Below are positions 36,853-44,450 of a DNA stretch of 64,000 bases, piece after piece. This DNA comes from Desulfuromonadales bacterium (GTDB lineage: Bacteria; Desulfobacterota; Desulfuromonadia; Desulfuromonadales; BM103), in the NCBI GenBank assembly GCA_030145195.1, contig JAQYVY010000002.1, positions 57,285-121,284 on the forward strand, given 5' to 3'. Positions within the stretch are counted from its first letter, which is position 1. Every line of letters starts with the position of its first letter. Position numbers and translations under genes: made by a program. Below the pieces are notes generated by a model. That model made no database searches. It had not been told where the DNA came from and worked only from the letters and a program-made list of their open reading frames with translations.

Positions 36853-37713
36853 TCATAAGTCTATTTCCGCCAGGCGACTGGCCAGGGTCGCCAGGGCCGC
36901 GGCGGCGGGGGAGTCACCGCGATCGACCACCGGCTCGCCGCGCCGGGCACAGGCACCAACCTCTGGATCGTAGGGGATCTTGGCCAACAGCGGCACTCGC
37001 CGTCGCATACATTCGTCGCTGACCTGCGCGGCAAAGGCCGGGGCCAGATCTGCCTTGTTGATGCAGGCATAGGCGGAGATGCCGAAATGAGCAGCCAAAT
37101 CGAGAAGTCGACACAGGTCGTGCAGACCAGAGGCGCTCGGTTCAGCGACCGCCAACAGGGCATCGTTACCAGCCAACGCCGCCATCGTCGGGCAACCCGT
37201 TCCGGGGGGACCATCACAGAGGAGCCAGCGCACCTGTTGCTCCTTCGCGAGTCGGGTGGCCTCTTCCTTGAGGAGGCTGACCAGCTTTCCAGAATTGCCA
37301 GCACCGGGGAGGAGCCGAGCTCCTAGCACAGTGCCACAGTCTGCCGTGCCAACTGACCAATAACCACCCACATGATCGATCATCTGTAACGCCTGCTCGG
37401 GGCAGGCCAGGGCGCAGAGGCCGCAGCCTTCGCAGGAGAGAGAACGCACGGTCCCTGCGGCAATAGCGTGAAACCGGCACAGTGCTGTGCATCTGCCGCA
37501 ACCACTGCAGCGGGTCTCGTCACAATAGGCCATCCGGCCGCCGACAAAGGGAACCTCAGGGCCGAACGTCGGTTGCAACACCAGGTGCAGGTTGGCGGCA
37601 TCGACATCGGTATCCACACACAGCACCTCTCCCCGCCAGTGGGTCGCCAGCGCAGCGGAGACGGTGGTTTTGCCGGTTCCCCCCTTACCGCTCAATACGA
37701 CGAGTTTCGTCAT
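36853..37713 (-). CDS. MinD/ParA-type P-loop ATPase with inserted 2x[4Fe-4S] ferredoxin motifs (paralogue B)
   Basis: Deviant Walker A SGKGGTGKTT, CSGCGRCTALC and CEGCGLCALACP, and DGPPGTGC. Its ATG overlaps the stop of paralogue A (ATGA). Confidence 0.85.
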   Translation of the reverse strand: MTKLVVLSGKGGTGKTTVSAALATHWRGEVLCVDTDVDAANLHLVLQPTFGPEVPFVGGRMAYCDETRCSGCGRCTALCRFHAIAAGTVRSLSCEGCGLCALACPEQALQMIDHVGGYWSVGTADCGTVLGARLLPGAGNSGKLVSLLKEEATRLAKEQQVRWLLCDGPPGTGCPTMAALAGNDALLAVAEPSASGLHDLCRLLDLAAHFGISAYACINKADLAPAFAAQVSDECMRRRVPLLAKIPYDPEVGACARRGEPVVDRGDSPAAAALATLASRLAEIDL

Positions 37714-38573
37714 GGCGTCTTCCCACCGGCCTCATGGGACTGCAACATCTCCCAGAGCCGAACCAGTTGCGCCCCCCAGGCCGGGTCGATCCTGTTCAGC
37801 GGTACCGCCTCCGCTCCGCGCTCGGCCAACTGCCGATCAAAGGGGATCTCCAACAACACCGGAACACCCCGCGCCCGACACAGAGCCCTGATACCAGAGT
37901 CCTCGTCGTTTGCCTTATTAATGACCACCGCCGCCGGAACCTCCAGGGTGTCAAGGACATCAAGGACGGCAGTCAAGTCGTGCAGACCAAATAGGGTCGG
38001 TTCAGTCACCACTAGCGCGGCATCGGCACCGTCGGCCGCCGCGATCAAAGCACAAGAGGTTCCCGGCGGGCCGTCAATAATCACCGGCGTATCTGCCTGC
38101 GTAGCCTCAAGCACCGCCTCGATCACCGGCACGGAGCGGGGCTCGCCAACCGTCAACTCCCCCCAGATCAGTTCCACGCCAGCGACCGTCCCCTTTTGCA
38201 ACCGGCCGACGGATCGCGGCACCTCCATCAGGGCCTGCTGGGGGCAGGCATAGAGGCAGGCCCCACAGGAATGGCAATGCTCGGCAAAAATCTCCAGGTG
38301 GTCTCCGAAGAGCGCCAGGGCACCAAAGTCGCAGGCACGCTTGCACGCTCCGCACGCTGTGCAGTCCTTCGGGTCCCAGACCGGTACCAACACCGATATC
38401 TCCCTTTTGACAAGAGTGCCTAGCTGCAGGTAAAGGTGCGCGTTCGGCTCCTCCACATCGCAGTCGAGTAAAGTCACAGCGGTGCCTTGCGCTTCGGCCA
38501 AGGCGCACGCAAGTCCAACGCTGAGGGTCGTCTTGCCCGTTCCTCCCTTGCCACTAACAACGCAGAGTTTCAC
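37710..38573 (-). CDS. MinD/ParA-type P-loop ATPase with inserted 2x[4Fe-4S] ferredoxin motifs (paralogue A)
   Basis: SGKGGTGKTT, CTACGACKRAC, CHSCGACLYACP and DGPPGTSC. GTG 38573 (VKLCVVSGKGG, 10 nt after the upstream stop) is preferred over track start 38624, which overlaps the upstream gene. Confidence 0.8.
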   Translation of the reverse strand: MKLCVVSGKGGTGKTTLSVGLACALAEAQGTAVTLLDCDVEEPNAHLYLQLGTLVKREISVLVPVWDPKDCTACGACKRACDFGALALFGDHLEIFAEHCHSCGACLYACPQQALMEVPRSVGRLQKGTVAGVELIWGELTVGEPRSVPVIEAVLEATQADTPVIIDGPPGTSCALIAAADGADAALVVTEPTLFGLHDLTAVLDVLDTLEVPAAVVINKANDEDSGIRALCRARGVPVLLEIPFDRQLAERGAEAVPLNRIDPAWGAQLVRLWEMLQSHEAGGKTP

Positions 38574-38583
38574 GATATTCGAC

Positions 38584-38967
38584 CTAACCGTGGGAGTGAG
38601 CGCCGCAGACATCCCCATCGACAATGGGACGGACCTGGCAGGTCTGATACGCCGCGATCACCTCGGCGACGGTCTCTCCCGGGCCGACCAGCACGTCGAT
38701 TCCAGCTTGGGCGAACCCCATCCGAGGCCGCATGCCGATTCCGGCCACCACCAGCGCCGTCGCCCCGGCCTGGGAGAGAATCTGCACCGGCACCAGGCAC
38801 CCACCTTCCGAGTGTTCGACATTGGGCACGGATAACACTGAATCGATCTCGCCGTTCTTCATCGACACCAAGGTGAAAATATCGCAGCGCCCAAAATGCC
38901 CCGAACGCCCGGCATCCATACCGCCAGGATGATTCGAAGGGATTGCTATGACCTGTACATTTGACAT
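38584..38967 (-). CDS. NifX/NifB-C-terminal-like (dinitrogenase FeMo-cofactor-binding fold) protein 3
   Basis: 127 aa. VIAIPSN.., HFGRCDIFTLV and ALVVAGIGMRPRMGFAQAGIDV are typical of the fold. C-terminal CGAHSHG. Confidence 0.8.
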   Translation of the reverse strand: MSNVQVIAIPSNHPGGMDAGRSGHFGRCDIFTLVSMKNGEIDSVLSVPNVEHSEGGCLVPVQILSQAGATALVVAGIGMRPRMGFAQAGIDVLVGPGETVAEVIAAYQTCQVRPIVDGDVCGAHSHG

Positions 38968-39004
38968 GATTTTTCTCCTTTTGAGCGCTAATGGTTATGT
39001 TGTA

Positions 39005-39364
39005 TCAAGGGGCTCCGACAGCCATGTCGGCACTCGCTTCGGTCAAGCCTCCTGCGCAAAAAATCTGTAAAGCCTCCTGCACTGTCCCCTTGGCTCCGTG
39101 CATCACCCTGACCCCCGCCGCATCCAGCGCCCGGAAAGCCTTGGGGCCGGTAACACCGGTAATCAGGACTGTGGCTTGGTGATCGGAAACGAGCTGGGCC
39201 GCCTGGATGCCCGCTCCCTGCATCGCGTTGCGGGCGACAGAGTTTTCCAGGGCCTCCCAGCTGTCGTCAACCTCGTCGTAAATGAGTATCCAGTACGCCC
39301 TGCCAAACCGCTCATCGACGCTGCTCTCCGGTGTCTCGCCCTGCGATGTAACGGCAATTTTCAT
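39005..39364 (-). CDS. NifX/NifB-C-terminal-like protein 2
   Basis: MKIAVTSQG.., RFGRAYWILIY and VLITGVTGPKAFRALDAAGVRV. ATG 39364 overlaps the stop of the upstream gene (ATGA). Confidence 0.8.
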   Translation of the reverse strand: MKIAVTSQGETPESSVDERFGRAYWILIYDEVDDSWEALENSVARNAMQGAGIQAAQLVSDHQATVLITGVTGPKAFRALDAAGVRVMHGAKGTVQEALQIFCAGGLTEASADMAVGAP

Positions 39365-39780
39365 GATGATTCTCCCTCGCCATCCCGAGGCAAACAGCCC
39401 CAACTCCTCCGCCGGGGTCCGCATTCGGTATGGCCGACAAAAGCGTTAACGTCCTGGAGCCACCGGCAGAGGACCTCTTCTACCTCTCCCCGGAAGCCCC
39501 ACACCACCTCGATCCCTTCGTCACCCAAGGCGACCTGAAACCGGGGGTGAATCCCCCCGCAGAGGACCGTGCAAACACCCTCGTCGTGCAGCCAGCGCAC
39601 GAGTTGGGGCTCCTCGACACGATCCCAGATACGCCGTTGCAGACCGCTCACGCTCCGACCGGCCAAACCGACCTCGGCGAAGACAAATTCCCGCGCCTGG
39701 CCGAAACGGGGCAAGACCCGACTGCCATAACAGGGAACAGCGATCAGCACATCAGCTGTGGTCGGTGAGTTCGTGCTCAT
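39361..39780 (-). CDS. NifX/NifB-C-terminal-like protein 1 with Cys/His/Arg-rich tail
   Basis: VLIAVPCYGSRVLPRFGQAREFVFAEV and TVLCGGIHPRFQVALGDEGIEVV. Tail HTECGPRRRSWGCLPRD. ATG 39780 is preferred over 39828. Confidence 0.7.
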   Translation of the reverse strand: MSTNSPTTADVLIAVPCYGSRVLPRFGQAREFVFAEVGLAGRSVSGLQRRIWDRVEEPQLVRWLHDEGVCTVLCGGIHPRFQVALGDEGIEVVWGFRGEVEEVLCRWLQDVNAFVGHTECGPRRRSWGCLPRDGEGESS

Positions 39781-39793
39781 ATCCCTGAGTACT

Positions 39794-39808
39794 CCAAGGA
39801 CCGTGCCG
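39794..39808 (-). promoter_or_regulatory. Imperfect sigma-54 -24/-12-like element
   Basis: Minus strand reads CGGCACG-GTCC-TTGG against consensus TGGCACG-N4-TTGC. It lies about 105 bp downstream of the 22-bp palindrome. However, the -12 has GG instead of GC, and it overlaps the likely SD of the first gene. Confidence 0.25.
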
Positions 39809-39902
39809 AAAGCTACAGTCAGCAACAAATAGATAAAAACTGCGTAATTTTAGCAAGATAGACTGGAGAGGAAGGAGAGTAGATCAAAAAGGAGGGGCTT
39901 GC

Positions 39903-39924
39903 TACTGTTGCAGATGCAACAGTA
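39903..39924. promoter_or_regulatory. Perfect 22-bp palindrome, candidate activator binding site (UAS)
   Basis: TACTGTTGCA-GA-TGCAACAGTA, perfect 10-2-10 dyad. The inner 16 bp fit TGT-N10-ACA. Confidence 0.55.
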
Positions 39925-39970
39925 AGTTTTGCGGAACAATGAAAATATATATTAGGTTTCAGTCAGTTAG

Positions 39971-40030
39971 AGACAATGCAAAGACTCGCGCATCCGTTGC
40001 AGACAATGCAACACCTGCAACGGATGCAAC
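39971..40030. promoter_or_regulatory. Array of TGCAAC/GTTGCA half-sites with nested inverted and direct repeats
   Basis: GTTGCA at 39996; TGCAAC at 40007, 40016 and 40025; TGCAAA at 39977. 12-bp inverted repeat GCATCCGTTGCA (39990-40001) / TGCAACGGATGC (40016-40027). 11-nt direct repeat AGACAATGCAA at 39971 and 40001, exactly 30 bp apart. Confidence 0.55.
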
Positions 40031-40123
40031 ATAGACAAGACAACAACAGCCGCCTAAAATCCAAAAGTTTTCCGCTTTTTACACGATAAATTCAATCTGT
40101 GCGTATTCCGTCCATCCCCGCCG

Positions 40124-41155
40124 TTACCATCCCATAAGAATGCCCACCAGCCCAACCACCACCCCCACGATGAAGTTGATCCCCTTGACCCGGAAAAAAT
40201 CCAGCCGCGACTCGGCGAGGAGTGGCAGCATGCCGTGACCATCCTGAACGATGGAACTGGCGAGGAGGACGCTGAAGGGGACGACCCCCTGGGCGTAGAG
40301 GGTGAGAAAGACCAGGTGCGGCCCAGACTCAGGGACCAGCCCAACGACGCAGGCCAACACCACCAGCAGCAGGGGATTGTCGGCGATCCAGTCGCCCAGG
40401 TTCAGGTAGGTCAACAGCACGTGCATTAGCAGGATGGCGCCGAAGGTCCAGAGAAAGATCTTCGGCACGTGGACCCGGGCCACATGCTGCCACAGATGTT
40501 CTTTGAGAAAGTGATCGGGAACGGTGGCGACGATGAACAACCCCACGGATGTCGTCAGCAACAAGGTCACCCGGAGCCAACTCCACTCGGCTGGTCCGAG
40601 GCGTCCCGCGCCCAAGCCCAAGGCAAAGAGGCTCAACACCAGCATCAGTACGGCTCGGGCCAATGAGCAGTGTCGCCATTGCTCGAGAATCATGCCGCGG
40701 GGGAAACAGTTGCACGTCTCCTGCTCGTGGTAGAGCATGCCCCCCCCTTCCATCTCGCAGCCACCCCGGCCCGGCCCGGCGAGTAGATCGGTTAGCACCC
40801 CCGCCAGCAGACCGATGACCAGCAGCAACAGAAAGACCCACAGCGCCGTTTCGGGAATCATCGACAGCATGACAAAGGCTTCGTCACCGCTGGTGGCGAC
40901 CATGGCGGCGACGACCGCCCCCAGTGACACCACCCGGTGGGAATAAAGGGAGACAACCGCGAAGGCCCCGAGGCAGCCGGGAGTGACACCGAGGAGTACC
41001 GCAAGCAAATACTGCTGCCAGCGGCTGCCGCTCAGCCCCCGTTGCCAGACCCCCTGGGTGAGGACGTTGAGGTATTCGATGACCAGCATCATCCCGAAGA
41101 CGAAGCCGGTGATCATCAGGGCGTGGGCCAGACTGTCGAGAAGGGTATCGATCAT
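40124..41155 (-). CDS. 10-TM membrane protein, tentatively ArsP_2/DUF2899-like putative metal(loid) permease
   Basis: 343 aa with about 10 hydrophobic segments. The N-terminus MIDTLLDSLAHALMITGFVFGMMLVIEYLNV resembles my memory of that family. Central loop GGCEMEGGGMLYHEQETCNCFPRG. Confidence 0.5.
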   Translation of the reverse strand: MIDTLLDSLAHALMITGFVFGMMLVIEYLNVLTQGVWQRGLSGSRWQQYLLAVLLGVTPGCLGAFAVVSLYSHRVVSLGAVVAAMVATSGDEAFVMLSMIPETALWVFLLLLVIGLLAGVLTDLLAGPGRGGCEMEGGGMLYHEQETCNCFPRGMILEQWRHCSLARAVLMLVLSLFALGLGAGRLGPAEWSWLRVTLLLTTSVGLFIVATVPDHFLKEHLWQHVARVHVPKIFLWTFGAILLMHVLLTYLNLGDWIADNPLLLVVLACVVGLVPESGPHLVFLTLYAQGVVPFSVLLASSIVQDGHGMLPLLAESRLDFFRVKGINFIVGVVVGLVGILMGW

Positions 41156-41183
41156 GATGGTTTCACCAGGAAAAGACTTCGAG

Positions 41184-42521
41184 TTACTCGGTCTGCTGGA
41201 GCTTCAGCCAGCGCCAGAGGGTGGTGCGGTTCACCCCCAACTCCTGAGCAGCGAGGGTGCGGTTACCGCCATGGCGACGCAGCATCTGCTGCAGATGCTC
41301 GGCGGCAGGAACCGTCCCGCTCGGCACCAGCGACGGTAAGGCCGCCCGTATTTGGGGGAAGAGTTCAGCAGGCAGTATATCGCTTTTTGAAAGGATCACA
41401 GCCCGCTCGACGATATTGAGAAGCTCCCGTACATTCCCCAAATAGGGTTGGTCGAGGAGCAGGCTCAGGGCTTCGGCAGAAAAACCGCGGATCTTCTTGC
41501 CGTAGCTGCGGTTGAAGCGGTCGATGGCCATGTCGAGAAGGAGGGGGATGTCTTCGGGGCGTTCGCGCAAGGGGGGAATCTTCAGGTTAACGACGTTGAT
41601 ACGAAAAAACAAGTCGCGGCGAAAGGTCCCTTCGTCGACCATCACCTCCAGATCCCTGTGGGTGGCGGCAAGAAAGCGAACGTTAGCGGTCCGCGAACGC
41701 TTGGCGCCTAAGGGCTGATATTCGCGGTTTTCGAGGACCCGCAGCAGCTTGACCTGTAGCGACAGGGGGAGATCGCCGATTTCATCGAGAAACAGGGTCC
41801 CATTTTCCGCCTGTTCCAGTCGGCCGGGACGATCTTCAACTGCCCCCGTATAGGCCCCCTTTTTGGCACCAAAGATCTCCGACTCAAGGAGGGGTTCGGG
41901 AAGCGCGCCGCAATTCACCACCACCAGCGGTCCCTTGCGCTTCGGGCTGAGATCGTGCAAAGCCTGGGCGAAGAGTTCCTTGCCGGTGCCGCTCTCCCCC
42001 TGTAGCAGCACCGTGGCCCCACTCGCCGCCACATCGGGAAGAACGTCGAACAATCGGCGCATAGCGGGATGACGGCTGATCAGATCGTGAAAAGTGTATT
42101 TCCCCTCGACTTCACGCTTCAGTGCCTGCAGTTGGGATAAATCACGAAAGGTCTCGACCCCGCCGACAGCCCGCCCGGCTCCATCCCGCAGCACCGAGGC
42201 GCTTACCGAGATCGGAACCTCGCGGTTGTTTTTGTCCAGGATATCAACCTCACGATTGCCCACGTTTTTGCCGCTGGCCATCGCCTCGCGCACCGGGCAG
42301 CCGGTGAAACAGATACTGCTACGAAAGATCTCGCAGCAGCTTTGCCCCAACGCTTCGTCCCGGTTGAAGCCAGTGATCTCCTCGGCGGCCCGGTTGAACC
42401 AGGTGATCCGCATCTCGGCATCGACGGTGAAGACGCCATCGGCGACACTGTCGAGGATGGTCGAAAGATGAGACTGTTGGTCAAGGGGAGGACTTTGCAT
42501 AGACCAAAAGATACCATGCAC
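41184..42521 (-). CDS. Sigma-54-dependent transcriptional activator (PAS, AAA+, Fis-type HTH)
   Basis: PAS (ILDSVADGVFTVDAEMRITWFNRAAEEITG), Walker A GESGTGKELFA, sigma-54 contact loop GAKKGAYTGA (GAFTGA variant), ELFPRI-type region, and C-terminal HTH LAAQELGVNRTTLWRWLK. The start is either GTG 42521 or ATG 42500. Confidence 0.9.
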   Translation of the reverse strand: MHGIFWSMQSPPLDQQSHLSTILDSVADGVFTVDAEMRITWFNRAAEEITGFNRDEALGQSCCEIFRSSICFTGCPVREAMASGKNVGNREVDILDKNNREVPISVSASVLRDGAGRAVGGVETFRDLSQLQALKREVEGKYTFHDLISRHPAMRRLFDVLPDVAASGATVLLQGESGTGKELFAQALHDLSPKRKGPLVVVNCGALPEPLLESEIFGAKKGAYTGAVEDRPGRLEQAENGTLFLDEIGDLPLSLQVKLLRVLENREYQPLGAKRSRTANVRFLAATHRDLEVMVDEGTFRRDLFFRINVVNLKIPPLRERPEDIPLLLDMAIDRFNRSYGKKIRGFSAEALSLLLDQPYLGNVRELLNIVERAVILSKSDILPAELFPQIRAALPSLVPSGTVPAAEHLQQMLRRHGGNRTLAAQELGVNRTTLWRWLKLQQTE

Positions 42522-42819
42522 TCATTAATTTTCAAACACAAACCGAGCCGCAACATTCAGGGTTCAGAGTCCAGAAAGTGCCCCTTTTCCCCCTGCTTTC
42601 GCCAGCGGATTGCGGCGCGGGTTCAAAAGGATAAGCCTGTCCCGGTCAAAAGCCAGAGGATAAGGGTCCGTATGATTTCACTGCTGGCGTAGATGTGCTC
42701 GTCCTCCGAAAGGTGTTCTCCCGAAGTATCCATGTAAGCGAGCCCAGCTATATTGAACGCGGTCAATACAGCTGGAAATTCAACAGAAGTCAGAGGCTCC
42801 CTTAGCGGTGCCTATTGCT

Positions 42820-44148
42820 TCAGTTCTTTTTAAACTGGTCACGGGTGACCTTAGCGAGAACCCCGGAAAGACCCAGCAGACCAATCAGGTTAGGAATCGC
42901 CATGGCACCATTCATAGTGTCTGAGAAGTCCCAGACGAAACCGACTTTCTGGAATGCACCGAGAAAAATTACCAGGCAGAAAAGATAACGATATGGGGTG
43001 CGGGCCTTGATGCCGAAAAGGTATTCGATGCACTCTTCACCGTAGTAGGCCCAACCGATCATGGTCGAATAAGCAAACACCGCCAGGCCGACAGTCACGA
43101 TCAATCCTCCCGTGCCGGGCAACCCACTATTAAAAGCCAGGTGGGTCAAAGCACTAGAGGTTTCACCGCTCTGCCAGGCACCGGTCATAATGATCACTAG
43201 CGCAGTCATGGTACAGACGATGATGGTGTCGAAGAACACGCCTGTCATTGCTATCAGTCCCTGCTGCACGGGGTTATTGGTTCGTGCTGCGGCGTGGGCG
43301 ATTGGGGCGCTGCCCAGACCTGCCTCGTTGGAAAAAATCCCCCGTGCTATCCCGAAGCGCATGGCTGCACTCACGGTCGCCCCAGCAAAACCGCCAGCCG
43401 CAGAGGCGGGAGCGAAGGCATGGGAGAAAATCAGGGCAAAGGCCTCGGGAAGCTTTTCGATATTCAGTATGATAATGATCAGAGCCCCGAGGACATAAAA
43501 CAAGGCCATAGCCGGGACCAGTTTCGCGGTGACCTTGCCAATACGTTTGATCCCACCGATAATCACCACCCCAGTTAGAACGGCCAGGACAAGCCCGGTG
43601 GCAATGCTTGGCACACCCCAGCTCGCATCAAGGGCCAGGGCGACGGAATTCGACTGCACCATTGATCCGATGCCAAAAGCAGCAATAGCACCACAAGAGG
43701 CAAAGACCATGCCGAGCCACTTCCAGCCAAGGCCATCGGCGATATATCTCATAGGGCCACCTTGCATGGTGCCATCCGGCAGCATGTGGCGATATTTTAC
43801 AGCCAGCACTGCCTCGCCATACTTGGTTGCCATACCAAACACGGCGCAGACCCACATCCAGAAGATAGCGCCAGGCCCGCCAAGGAAGATGGCCGTGGCC
43901 ACCCCGGCGATATTCCCGGTACCGATGGTTGCTGCCAGTGCCGTAGTCAGAGCCTGGAATGGTGAGATATCCCCGACACCTTCCGCAGAGCTTTTAGAGA
44001 AAACCAGTTTAAGCGCCTGTGGAAGTTGCAAGAACTGAACGAAGCCGCAGCGAAAAGTTAAGTAGACACCGGTACCCACCAGCAGGGTCAGCATAATCGG
44101 TCCCCACACAAAACTATTGATCGTTCCCATCAATCCAGCTAAATCCAT
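42820..44148 (-). CDS. Alanine/glycine:cation symporter (AGCS family)
   Basis: GPGAIFWMWV, FSNEAGLGSAPIAHAAA. ATG 44148 (MDLAGLMGTINSFVWGP) with GGGAGA SD is preferred over 44223. Confidence 0.9.
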   Translation of the reverse strand: MDLAGLMGTINSFVWGPIMLTLLVGTGVYLTFRCGFVQFLQLPQALKLVFSKSSAEGVGDISPFQALTTALAATIGTGNIAGVATAIFLGGPGAIFWMWVCAVFGMATKYGEAVLAVKYRHMLPDGTMQGGPMRYIADGLGWKWLGMVFASCGAIAAFGIGSMVQSNSVALALDASWGVPSIATGLVLAVLTGVVIIGGIKRIGKVTAKLVPAMALFYVLGALIIIILNIEKLPEAFALIFSHAFAPASAAGGFAGATVSAAMRFGIARGIFSNEAGLGSAPIAHAAARTNNPVQQGLIAMTGVFFDTIIVCTMTALVIIMTGAWQSGETSSALTHLAFNSGLPGTGGLIVTVGLAVFAYSTMIGWAYYGEECIEYLFGIKARTPYRYLFCLVIFLGAFQKVGFVWDFSDTMNGAMAIPNLIGLLGLSGVLAKVTRDQFKKN

Positions 44149-44450
44149 AAACACGTCTCCCTGAAAGAAGTCATTGCTTTGGTGATTATCAACAAAAAGC
44201 CGCGTCAGGTCAAAAAATATCAATAAAGACTCCTTTTACTGTGCCGGAGTCGGACCATGTCAACTAACGGCTTTTACAATAAAAGTCTCTGAGAAAAAGA
44301 AGAGAAAAGATGTCAGCCTTACTTTAAAGCTAATGCGTACAACATCAGATGGCGATAAAAATACCCTTTAATGGTTTTTGCTCCTGGTCTATAATGAATG
44401 GATTAAGCCATAACGTAAACTCGCAAAAGGAGTTTGAGAGGGGGATCACC

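Noticed and set aside
37468-38253. 261-aa and 170-aa plus-strand ORFs across the MinD-like genes
   Set aside because: They are antisense to two genes with clear Walker A and ferredoxin motifs. The products are Arg/Pro/Ser/Thr/Ala-rich with no motif.
38574-38624. 17-aa N-terminal extension of MinD-like paralogue A
   Set aside because: It would overlap the upstream NifX-like gene by 41 nt. The paralogue B N-terminus (MTKLVVLSGKGG) aligns with a GTG start at 38573.
40049-40063. Second GG-N10-GC match (minus strand TGGATTTTAGGCGGC) as a sigma-54 promoter
   Set aside because: Only the TGG and GC dinucleotides match. It also lies upstream of the half-site array relative to the direction of transcription, which is the wrong geometry for an enhancer-dependent promoter.
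42623-42733. 36-aa minus-strand ORF (MDTSGEHLSEDEHIYASSEIIRTLILWLLTGTGLSF) between the AGCS gene and the activator
   Set aside because: It has no ribosome-binding site and no recognisable family. A hydrophobic tail alone is not evidence, so it is left uncalled.
44149-44350. Glycine riboswitch or attenuator in the leader of the AGCS symporter
   Set aside because: AGCS genes often carry glycine riboswitches, but I could not find the GGAGAG..CACCGAAGGGGCAA cores. There is only a weak 6-bp hairpin (GACTCC/GGAGTC, 44228-44251) followed by a T-rich run on the minus strand. It may sit upstream of the real promoter (TTGACA at about 44258). The evidence is too weak to call.
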